Assembly: GCA_963728405.1 (NCBI GenBank) | Contig: CAVSJV010000017.1 | Location: forward strand, 320,001 to 384,000 | From: Methanomassiliicoccaceae archaeon | GTDB taxonomy: Archaea; Thermoplasmatota; Thermoplasmata; Methanomassiliicoccales; Methanomassiliicoccaceae | Direction: 5' to 3' | DNA: 64,000 bases | Shown: piece by piece, positions 56,531 to 64,000 of the stretch | Numbering within the stretch: position 1 is the stretch's first letter | Layout: every line of letters begins with the position of its first letter | Position numbers and translations under genes: made by a program | The notes under the pieces: generated by a model | What the model saw: only the letters and a program-made list of their open reading frames with translations | The model's database searches: none | Told to the model about the DNA's origin: nothing

Positions 56531-56636
56531 ACATATAGTTGCAGCAGACCCTGGAAAAGGCATATCGCCTTGTTCCGCCGGTCTCTAACGGGCTCATGCC
56601 CCCTTTCAAATCCTTTTCCAGTTTTTTATCTTTACT

Positions 56637-56987
56637 TCACTCTATCTTGCTGACCATCGATGACAGCTCCCGCTCCAGAAGGCCGGCGATGTCCCGGTCG
56701 ATCCGCTGCTTTAGTTCAAGGGGGACCATAGCGACGGCGAGGTCCAGGCCGCACTTGCCGACCTTGACCATGGCGTAGGTCTCGCGGATCTTGGCCTCCA
56801 TGAGTTCGGCGATCGCCTCCTGGAGGTTCTTGCGCAGCTTGGGGTCATCTTCCAGTTTCTGCGTGATGAGCCGTTTGATCTCGTCCTTGATCAGATCCCG
56901 GGCAGCTTCGGCCACCAGGTCCTCCACCTTGATCGCGCTGAGGGGGTCCCGTAGCATCGAAGAAATGAACTCGTTTCCGTCGGCCAT
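56637..56987 (-). CDS. Hypothetical helical protein
   Basis: Clean 116-aa ORF, charged amphipathic helices (RDLIKDEIKR); no function recognised. Confidence 0.65.
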   Translation of the reverse strand: MADGNEFISSMLRDPLSAIKVEDLVAEAARDLIKDEIKRLITQKLEDDPKLRKNLQEAIAELMEAKIRETYAMVKVGKCGLDLAVAMVPLELKQRIDRDIAGLLERELSSMVSKIE

Positions 56988-57128
56988 GAGTATCGATTGG
57001 TAGGCTGGCGATAACAAACCTTTCCTCGGCCGGACGGCGACCATTCGATGTTCTACCCCTGGGCCTAAGGGCCGTGTTCCATGCTGGCAAGAGGTTATAT
57101 GAGTGCAGGGGGATTAATCGAGGATAGC

Positions 57129-58082
57129 ATGCGGTTGTTAGAGTACTATCATCTCGCGGTGGAGGAGGCCGTAAAGGTCGATCCCCGGAGAGGAGCAGAG
57201 CTCGACCTGGCGCTTCAGCGCACCAGGAAGGCGTACGATAAGCTCGATGCGGTGGGGAAGGGGCGGTTCGACGCTGACAGCCTGTGGAACCCCTACGCCG
57301 ACAGCCGGGTCCTCTACGGCGATCTTGACGTCGTTGTCGAGAACGTCATGTGGGGGGTGGACATCTCCGCCGCCGAGGTACTCATCGCCGACCGGCTGAG
57401 AGAGAAGGGCAGGAGGATCGACGCGGTGTTCGGCCACCACCCTCGCGGACGGGCTCAGGCGTCGCTCTACAAGGTCATGCCCATACAGGAGGCGATGATG
57501 GAGTCGTGGGGCGTGCCGATCAACGCCGCCGAATGCATCCTCGGACCAAGGATGCACGAGGTCATGTGCTCGTCCCACTCCATGAACCACGGACAGGTCG
57601 TGGACGCCTGTAGGCTGCTGGACGTGCCGTTCATGTGCCTGCATCAGCCCTGCGATCTGCTGGGACAGGACTTCATGCAGCGGCACCTGGAGGCAGAAGC
57701 GCCGGACCGACTGGGTGACCTACTGGATGCGCTGGCCCAGATACCGGAGTACGGGCAGGCCACCTGTGAATGCAATCCCCCCGAGATCTATGTCGGTTCG
57801 AGGGACCGCCGGGTCGGGCGGGTGGCGGTCAAGTTCGCCGGGGGAACCGCGGCCCCGAGGGAGATGTACGAGCAACTGTCGCGTTCGGGCATTGGTACCG
57901 TGGTGTGCATGCATCTGCCGGAGAGCCACGTCGAGGAAGCAAGAAAGCACCACTTGAACGTGGTGGTGGCGAGCCACATGGCCTCCGACTCGCTGGGGAT
58001 CAACCTATTGGCCGACAAGTTTGAAGAGCTAGGACTCGGTATTATTCCCTGCTCGGGATACATCAGGGTGAAACGGAATTGA
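57129..58082 (+). CDS. NIF3 (NGG1p-interacting factor 3)-like metal-binding protein
   Basis: DPR, NPYADSR, GVDI, HHPRG, LH.PCD, MHL, ASHMASDSLGINL. Confidence 0.8.
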   Translation: MRLLEYYHLAVEEAVKVDPRRGAELDLALQRTRKAYDKLDAVGKGRFDADSLWNPYADSRVLYGDLDVVVENVMWGVDISAAEVLIADRLREKGRRIDAVFGHHPRGRAQASLYKVMPIQEAMMESWGVPINAAECILGPRMHEVMCSSHSMNHGQVVDACRLLDVPFMCLHQPCDLLGQDFMQRHLEAEAPDRLGDLLDALAQIPEYGQATCECNPPEIYVGSRDRRVGRVAVKFAGGTAAPREMYEQLSRSGIGTVVCMHLPESHVEEARKHHLNVVVASHMASDSLGINLLADKFEELGLGIIPCSGYIRVKRN

Positions 58083-59257
58083 CGACCCACCGTTACGGAA
58101 CATCGGCCAAGGTGCTCAAGGACCCGTCCAAGCTGTCGTTCGACTACGTGCCCGAGCGGCTGGTCCACCGAGAAAAACAGATGGACCGCCTGCGGATGAT
58201 CTTCCGGCCGGTGCTGGAGTCCGGCACCTCCCAGACGGCGCTGTTGATCGGCAACGTGGGGACGGGGAAGACCGCCACCAGCAAGCGCTTCTGTCTCGAC
58301 CTGGTCAAGGATGCCAGCGCCTCCGGCAAAGCGATGGACTTCGTAGTGGTGAACTGCCGTCAGAGGAACACCGAGTCCAGCGTGCTCCTTCGTCTGGTAA
58401 CGCATTTCGATGAGCGGTTCCCCGACCGAGGTTTCTCCACCGCCGAGATGCTGCGGGCGCTGCACAAGCACCTGGAGAAGAACAAGGTGCACCTCATCGT
58501 GGTACTGGACGAAGCGGACGTTCTGTTGCGCAAGGGCGCCGGCGATCTCATCTACCATCTGTCGCGGTTCGACGAGGAGAAGGTCGGCGGCAAGGCCTCG
58601 ATGTCCCTCATCCTCATCTCCCAGAAGTACCTGCTGGACATGCTGGACCCCGCGTCCCTGTCGACGTTCCGACGGGCCAACGCCATCACCTTCGACAAGT
58701 ACTCCGCGGCCGAGCTGCGGGACATCATCGGCGACCGCGTCCCGCTGGCCTTTTACCCCGCAACGGTCCCTCAGGAAACGATCGACCTGATCGCCGATGT
58801 CTCCGCCGAGTGGGGCGATGCTCGCTTCGCCATCGAGATCCTGGAAAAGTCGGGGATGCTGGCCGAAGAAGAGGGCGGCTCCACGGTCACGCCGGAGAAC
58901 GTCCGCACCGCCAAGGCCTTCACCTATAGCGTCGTGACGGAAAGTAAGGTCGAGCGGCTGGACGTGCAGAGGAAGCTCGTGCTGCTGGCGGTAGCGAGGG
59001 CGCTCAAGGAGCATGCCTATGTGAACACCGGGGACGTGGAGAAGGCATACCGGATCGCCGCCGAGGAGTTCGGGGAAAAGCCCCGGGGCCATACGCAGTT
59101 CTGGGCCTACCTGCAGCAGGTGGCGAACGAAGGACTAGTGGAAACGAAGGTCACTGGTGATCCTTCCGGAGGGAGGACCACCTCTATCTCCATCCCGGAC
59201 ATCCCGGTAAAAGTGCTCAAGGACCAGTTGGAGACAATGCTGGCGAACAAAGGCTGA
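58079..59257 (+). CDS. cdc6: Orc1/Cdc6 replication initiator
   Basis: LSFDYVPERLVHRE, GNVGTGKT Walker A, VNC, LDEAD Walker B, GDAR.AI, winged-helix tail GGRTT. Confidence 0.93.
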   Translation: MTTHRYGTSAKVLKDPSKLSFDYVPERLVHREKQMDRLRMIFRPVLESGTSQTALLIGNVGTGKTATSKRFCLDLVKDASASGKAMDFVVVNCRQRNTESSVLLRLVTHFDERFPDRGFSTAEMLRALHKHLEKNKVHLIVVLDEADVLLRKGAGDLIYHLSRFDEEKVGGKASMSLILISQKYLLDMLDPASLSTFRRANAITFDKYSAAELRDIIGDRVPLAFYPATVPQETIDLIADVSAEWGDARFAIEILEKSGMLAEEEGGSTVTPENVRTAKAFTYSVVTESKVERLDVQRKLVLLAVARALKEHAYVNTGDVEKAYRIAAEEFGEKPRGHTQFWAYLQQVANEGLVETKVTGDPSGGRTTSISIPDIPVKVLKDQLETMLANKG

Positions 59258-59421
59258 TACGCAACGAACGAGCACGATGTTTCCTTTCTTGCAGTTCCAC
59301 CGATCGTAAGCCCTAACGAGGCTGGAACGGGATGGGGCCAAGAGCCGGGTCCAGGACATGACCCTCGTTCCGCCTGAGGCCTTTCGAGTGGCTTTATTAG
59401 ACCTTGACCGTTATCGATTAA

Positions 59422-59435
59422 TGTTCATATGCCAA
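59422..59435. promoter_or_regulatory. Palindromic operator-like site overlapping the DUF134 start codon
   Basis: TGTTCATATGCCAA, a variant of TGTGCATATGCACA. Confidence 0.45.
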
Positions 59436-59761
59436 GAAACTGCTGTTGCCGGAGAAGATGTGGTCCCGGACGGCCCATGAAACCAAGGAACATCACCGAA
59501 CCCCCGGTGGCCACTCGGTTCGGTCCCTTGGACACGGAGCAGATGGCCGGCCCCCTGATAATGACCACCGATGAGCTGGAGGCGTTGCGGCTGGTCGACT
59601 ACGAGGGGCTGATGCAGGAGGCGGCGGCCGTCCGCATGGGCGTGTCAAGGGGAACGGTATGGCGATGCCTGACCAGTGCCCGCTCGAAGCTGGCCATCAT
59701 GCTGGTCGAGGCCAGGGGGCTCACCATCACCGACGAGGCATTGGACCAGGAAACCCTGTGA
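59429..59761 (+). CDS. DUF134 family HTH protein
   Basis: GRP.KPR, DELEALRLVDYEGLMQEAAAVRMGVSRGTVWR.L.SAR.KLA. Confidence 0.92.
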   Translation: MPRNCCCRRRCGPGRPMKPRNITEPPVATRFGPLDTEQMAGPLIMTTDELEALRLVDYEGLMQEAAAVRMGVSRGTVWRCLTSARSKLAIMLVEARGLTITDEALDQETL

Positions 59762-59813
59762 TCGACCCCATTACTGTATTTTTCATCACGAACCGGCAAA
59801 CCATTAATACATT

Positions 59814-59827
59814 TGTGCATATGCACA
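59814..59827. promoter_or_regulatory. Perfect 14-bp palindrome upstream of the NifX-family gene
   Basis: TGTGCATATGCACA in an AT-rich intergenic tract. Confidence 0.65.
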
Positions 59828-59949
59828 TTATATGATATCCAGTGGGCGGGGAGCGCCGGGAACGCGGTCCTGGATCAACCCATCAGATGGGGCGTTCGAA
59901 AAAGGAGCTGCGGCCCCAGAGAGCAATATTGATCGGTCGGAAGGCGGAA

Positions 59950-60276
59950 ATGATGAAAATCGCGATAACCAGTAACAGGGAAGGATCGGACCAGCCAGTG
60001 GAAGAACGGTTCGGACGGTGCGCTGTCTTTGCCATATATGACACCGATCTGGGGACGCTAAGCTTCGTCCCAAACCAGGCGAAGGATGCCAATAGTGGGG
60101 CGGGGGTGAAGGCGGCCCAGCAGCTGATGGACCTGGGCGTGGAGCTACTGGTCACCGGAAAAGTTGGCCCGGGAGCGCTAGAGATACTGAACGAGGGCGA
60201 GATCCAGGTGGAGTCCTGGACATCGGGCACCGTGGGCGAAGCGGTCCAAAAGTTCGGTGGAAAGGGGACCCAGTGA
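59950..60276 (+). CDS. NifB/NifX family (dinitrogenase FeMo-cofactor biosynthesis domain) protein
   Basis: MKIAI, RFGRC..F.IYD, N...GAG.KAAQ.L, TGKVGPGA. Confidence 0.88.
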   Translation: MMKIAITSNREGSDQPVEERFGRCAVFAIYDTDLGTLSFVPNQAKDANSGAGVKAAQQLMDLGVELLVTGKVGPGALEILNEGEIQVESWTSGTVGEAVQKFGGKGTQ

Positions 60277-60287
60277 TCCCCATTTTC

Positions 60288-61193
60288 TTACTCGATGCGT
60301 ATGGGCCCTTGGCCCGGCAGGTTTTCCAGCAATACCACGATCTTTTCCCATATCGATCTCAAGGCCACCGCCGCCGGTGCATTTGGTGAGTGGACGGGCA
60401 GAGGCAGGCCGTTGATGATGGCCTCGGCGACGTTCTCATCATAGGGCACGGTGCCCAGCACCCTTGTCCCGGCCTTTTCGCACGCGCCAATGAGCTCCTC
60501 GGTGAATGCGGTGTTCAGGTCGGACTTGTTGACGATGACCGCGCACGGAATACCGAAGTGGGCGGCCAGATCGACCACCCGGCCCAGATCGTGCCAGCCC
60601 GAGGCGGTCGGTTCGGTGACGATGACCACCAGGTCCGTGCCGGTGATGCTGGATATGACCGGACAGCCGGTGCCGGGGGGACCGTCGATCAGCAATAGTT
60701 CGCTGTGCTCGAGCCTGGCCTCTTCCTGGGCCAGCGCCCTTACCTTGGCCGCCAGTTTGCCGGAGTTAGGCTCTCCAGGCAACATCTCTGCGTCCACCAC
60801 CGTCCCGTAGGGGGTGTCCCGGACGAAGATATCGCCTGAGACCGCCTCACTGAGGTCGATCGCCCCCGAGGGGCAGACCAGCTGGCAGACCCCACACCCC
60901 TCACAGGCCATCTGATCCACCCGCAGATCGCTTATCGCCAGGAAGTGGCAATGCTCCTCGCATTTTCCGCACTGGGTACACTTGAGAGGGTCGATCTCGG
61001 CCTTGAGGGAGCCCATAAATGGGCGGGATGACCGGACCTTGCCCCGAAGCACCAGGGAGAGGTTGGAGGCATCGACGTCGCAATCGGCGATGACCGGCCT
61101 GGTGGCGAAACAGGCCAGGCTGGCCGCCACCGAGGTCTTGCCGGTGCCTCCCTTGCCGCTCAGCACCGCGACCTGCCTGAGGGGACCGTTCAT
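60288..61193 (-). CDS. MinD-superfamily P-loop ATPase with inserted 2x[4Fe-4S] ferredoxin domain (COG1149)
   Basis: SGKGGTGKT, DCDVDASNL, CTQCGKC...C, CEGCGVCQLVCP, DGPPGTGCPV, VTEPT. Confidence 0.9.
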   Translation of the reverse strand: MNGPLRQVAVLSGKGGTGKTSVAASLACFATRPVIADCDVDASNLSLVLRGKVRSSRPFMGSLKAEIDPLKCTQCGKCEEHCHFLAISDLRVDQMACEGCGVCQLVCPSGAIDLSEAVSGDIFVRDTPYGTVVDAEMLPGEPNSGKLAAKVRALAQEEARLEHSELLLIDGPPGTGCPVISSITGTDLVVIVTEPTASGWHDLGRVVDLAAHFGIPCAVIVNKSDLNTAFTEELIGACEKAGTRVLGTVPYDENVAEAIINGLPLPVHSPNAPAAVALRSIWEKIVVLLENLPGQGPIRIE

Positions 61194-62017
61194 CCTTTGA
61201 CCTCCTGGAACAGCTCCAGCATCCGCTGCTTGAACCCGGGCAGATTCCCGACCAAGGTATCACCATGAGAATAGAGCTCGGCGATACGTCGATCCAGGGG
61301 GATGCGCAGGAGCACGGATAGCCCTGACTCCCGGCAGAAGGCCTCCAGCGGCTCATAGGGGCCCTGGTCCCGGTTTATGATGATCCCGGAGGGTACCCCC
61401 ATCTTCCCGAGCACATTGACCATCAGCTTCAGGTCATGCAGTCCGAAGGGGGTCGGCTCGGTGACCATCAAGCAGTAATCGCACCCGTGGATGGATTCCA
61501 CTACCGGGCATGAGGTGCCCGGAGGACAATCGATGATGGTGTGAGCATGTCCACCATCCAATGCCTTGAGCTCCCGGATTATCGGTACGCTCAAGACCTC
61601 GCCCACGTCCAGCTCCCCGCAGGCGAAATCTATCTTTCCCGCCGTGCCCTGTCGGATAGAGCCAACCCGGCGGGACATCATGGTCACCGCCCCCGCGGGG
61701 CAGACCAGCTGGCACCCGCCGCAGCCGTGGCATAGGTTCGGCAGGACCTTGATCCTCTTCTTGATCCTTAACAGAGCGTTGAACCGGCACACCTCGGCGC
61801 ATCGGCCGCACCCGGTGCATCGTTCCACATCGATCAGAGGGACGGGTATCCCCACCGGCCTGGTCGTTTCGATGTGAGGCTTGAGAAAGATATGGGCGTT
61901 GGCCCCTTCCACATCGCAATCAAGGAATTGGAGGTCCTCGCCGATGGCCAGGGCTAAGTTCACCGCCACGGTGGTCTTGCCGGTGCCCCCCTTGCCGCTG
62001 GCCACTGCGATCTTCAA
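61190..62017 (-). CDS. MinD-superfamily P-loop ATPase with inserted 2x[4Fe-4S] ferredoxin domain (COG1149), partner copy
   Basis: ASGKGGTGKTT, DCDVE, CTGCGRCAEVC, CHGCGGCQLVCP, DCPPGTSCP, TEPTPFGLHDL. Confidence 0.9.
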   Translation of the reverse strand: MKIAVASGKGGTGKTTVAVNLALAIGEDLQFLDCDVEGANAHIFLKPHIETTRPVGIPVPLIDVERCTGCGRCAEVCRFNALLRIKKRIKVLPNLCHGCGGCQLVCPAGAVTMMSRRVGSIRQGTAGKIDFACGELDVGEVLSVPIIRELKALDGGHAHTIIDCPPGTSCPVVESIHGCDYCLMVTEPTPFGLHDLKLMVNVLGKMGVPSGIIINRDQGPYEPLEAFCRESGLSVLLRIPLDRRIAELYSHGDTLVGNLPGFKQRMLELFQEVKG

Positions 62018-62029
62018 CTATCCCTCCCC

Positions 62030-62398
62030 CTAGTGACTGTGCTCTTTGCAGGCGTTGTCCGCGTTGGCCGACTCCAACTTGCCCTTCTGCCAGGCGTCGA
62101 TGGCGCTCTTCACCGATCCGGTGGCCCCGACATAGACCTTGATGTTGAACGAGGTGAGCATGTCGACCGCCTTGGGACCCAGGGCGGAGCAGACCACTAC
62201 ATTCACACCATGCTTGGCCAGCAGCTCCGGCGGAAGCCCCACCCCGCCCAGGTGCTCACTGGAGTTCTTGATCGTATCGACGCTCTTAGTTTCCGTATCG
62301 AAGATGACGTAACCAGGGGACTTGCCAAAGTGGCCCCCCACGCTCTCGTCCATTCCCTTGTCGCCCATCACTGGTACTGCTACCTTCATGTTTTTCAC
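62030..62398 (-). CDS. NifB/NifX family protein
   Basis: MKVAVP, HFG.SP.Y.I.D, N...H.GG, LGPKA, C-terminal C..H.H. Confidence 0.88.
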   Translation of the reverse strand: MKNMKVAVPVMGDKGMDESVGGHFGKSPGYVIFDTETKSVDTIKNSSEHLGGVGLPPELLAKHGVNVVVCSALGPKAVDMLTSFNIKVYVGATGSVKSAIDAWQKGKLESANADNACKEHSH

Positions 62399-62447
62399 CT
62401 ATTGTTGTTCTCGCTCACCTTTACGGCGAGGTTAACGGGGTGTATAT

Positions 62448-62461
62448 TGTGCATATGCTTA
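62448..62461. promoter_or_regulatory. Operator-like palindrome upstream of the NifX-ATPase operon
   Basis: TGTGCATATGCTTA (12/14 identical to the 59814 site). Confidence 0.6.
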
Positions 62462-62633
62462 ATATTATGCCCGGTCCCCATACTCGAGCCTCTCGGGCGA
62501 TAGGGGGCTGGAAAAAGGACCGGAGGTCGAGCGAGCATCTCGCCTCATGATCTGATCGAAGGATCCAGGCATGGGTCCGCCCTATCGGGACGGTCGAGAT
62601 CCCCGCCCCTGGACCCGATCCAACGATGACGGG

Positions 62634-64000
62634 TCATCCAGACTGGAACCAATGGCCCCTTGGCTCGCAGGATCGGTGACTGACCACGGTCTTCTTCTTA
62701 GTGAACATCTGCAGGCGGGACATCGAGGAAGGTATTCCGCTCTGCTTCCACCCCTGGAAGTACTCGCCTCCGGGCAGCGTCCGAACGGACTCGTTGATCC
62801 AGATATTGCCGGCCTCGAGCGCTCTAGCGAGCCTCTCGCCCTTCTCGAAGTCCTTGGTCCAGATGGTCGCTCCCAGACCGTAGGGGGAGTCGTTCGCCAG
62901 GGCGATGGCCTGCTCCTCGTCGTGCACGACCCGTATGGGACAGACCGGCCCGAACGTCTCCTTCCTTACGAGCTCGATGTCGTCGTCGTAGTATCGGAGC
63001 ACTGTAGGCTCGTAGAAGTACCCGGGGCCTTTGACCTTGTTCCCGCCGCTCAGGAGCTCGGCGCCTCCCTTGACCGCGTCCTGGACGACCCGGGCGACGT
63101 GGTCCCGCGCCTCTTCTCTTATGAGAGGCCCGACGTCATCCTCGACGTTAAGCCGGGACGCGATGTCCGCCAGGCGGAGGATCAACGCCTCGGCCACCTC
63201 CTCGTGGACGTACACCCTCTTGATCCGGATGCACACCTGCCCCCCGCGGCTGAAGGTGCCGTAGGCAATACCCCGGGCGGCCTGCTCGATGTCGGCGTCG
63301 GCGCAGACGATGGCCGCATCGTTGCCCGACAGCTCGAGGACCATCGGCTTGATGCCGGCGTTCCTGGTGATGTCCAATCCCGTCTCGATGCCGCCGGTGA
63401 ACGCTAGGGCGTCGAAGCCGGAGCGAACCATCAGCTTGCCGATGTCCCCGCCGCCCACCACCGGAACGTAGAGACCTTCGGGGAAACCGGCCTCGCGGAC
63501 AAGCTCGGCGATCTTCAGGCCGGAAAGGGTGGAGAGCTCCGACGGCTTGAACACGATGCCGTTGCCGGTGAGGAGGGCCGGGAACGCAGTGATCATTGTC
63601 TGCCAGAACGGGAAGTTCCATACGCCGATGTGACCGATGACGCCGTGAGGGACGAACGAGATCGTAGCCCTGGTATCGGTCCATGAGGGGGGGAGAGGAT
63701 AGTCCTGCAATCCCATCTTCCAATATTCCGCCATGTAGTGATCGACACCGGCAAGCGCGCTGTTGTAGGCGCCGACCAGCGCCTTCTTGGGCGTTCCGAC
63801 CTCCTCATACATTATGCCGACAACCTCGTCGAGGCGCTTCCGGCAGACCTCCTTCAGCTCCTTGGCCAAAGTGATGCGGTCCTCGGCGCTGGTTCCCAGG
63901 AACCATTCCTTTTGGACTCGCCGCGCCCGGGCCAGCGCGTCCTGGAGCTCGGCCGGAGACGAGGACGGGATCTCCTTGATCGGTTGCCCGGTGCGGGGGT
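62634..64000 (-). CDS. NAD(P)-dependent aldehyde dehydrogenase (5' end beyond the window)
   Basis: WNFP, FKPSE, FTGG, catalytic LELSGND and GQVCIR, ETFGPV, ANDSPYGL; frame stays open to the window end (PRTGQPIKEIP...). Confidence 0.92.
   Translation of the reverse strand, partial: PRTGQPIKEIPSSSPAELQDALARARRVQKEWFLGTSAEDRITLAKELKEVCRKRLDEVVGIMYEEVGTPKKALVGAYNSALAGVDHYMAEYWKMGLQDYPLPPSWTDTRATISFVPHGVIGHIGVWNFPFWQTMITAFPALLTGNGIVFKPSELSTLSGLKIAELVREAGFPEGLYVPVVGGGDIGKLMVRSGFDALAFTGGIETGLDITRNAGIKPMVLELSGNDAAIVCADADIEQAARGIAYGTFSRGGQVCIRIKRVYVHEEVAEALILRLADIASRLNVEDDVGPLIREEARDHVARVVQDAVKGGAELLSGGNKVKGPGYFYEPTVLRYYDDDIELVRKETFGPVCPIRVVHDEEQAIALANDSPYGLGATIWTKDFEKGERLARALEAGNIWINESVRTLPGGEYFQGWKQSGIPSSMSRLQMFTKKKTVVSHRSCEPRGHWFQSG

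Noticed and set aside
59258-59428. Replication origin (ORB boxes) next to cdc6
   Set aside because: Only weak fragments (GTTCCAC, CTGGAACGGGATGGGG); no repeated full ORB or AT-rich unwinding element, and cdc6 is directly coupled to the upstream NIF3 gene.
59950-62398. Nitrogen fixation inferred from NifB/NifX-family genes
   Set aside because: No nifHDK in the window; this family is common in non-diazotrophs alongside COG1149 ATPases.
1-64000. CRISPR arrays, transposases, integrases, defence systems, inteins
   Set aside because: No regularly spaced repeats and no recognisable ORFs or intein-sized insertions in RNAP, Cdc6 or primase.

Overview
Core-genome segment of a GC-rich archaeon, most consistent with Methanomassiliicoccales (Thermoplasmata). 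That placement is my inference from gatDE, the apparently unsplit rpoB, the N-terminally extended RpoA'' and Spt5, a giant AglB, hypB and the gene order. The window holds the RNA polymerase operon (rpoH-B-A1-A2-rpl30e-nusA), gatDE, purD, pyrF, priL, tbp, cdc6, the secE-spt5-rpl11-rpl1-rplP0-rpl12 cluster, three ftsZ genes, two very large surface/glycosylation proteins and a DUF134/NifX/Fe-S-ATPase locus. Many essential genes carry single-base frameshifts, almost certainly uncorrected long-read indels, so genes are reported as reconstructed. Main observations: (1) a tRNA-Lys(UUU) split by two non-canonical BHB introns (D-loop 20/21 and T-loop 59/60); (2) an unexplained ~110-nt structured RNA candidate with its own TATA-like box upstream of adk; (3) tandem ftsZ1 paralogs sharing long identical DNA tracts; (4) an Ig-like domain fused to Spt5; (5) a palindromic operator candidate repeated three times in the DUF134 locus; (6) two probable CTG start codons; (7) high TAG stop usage, suggesting no pyrrolysine decoding. 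No CRISPR array or mobile element was seen.
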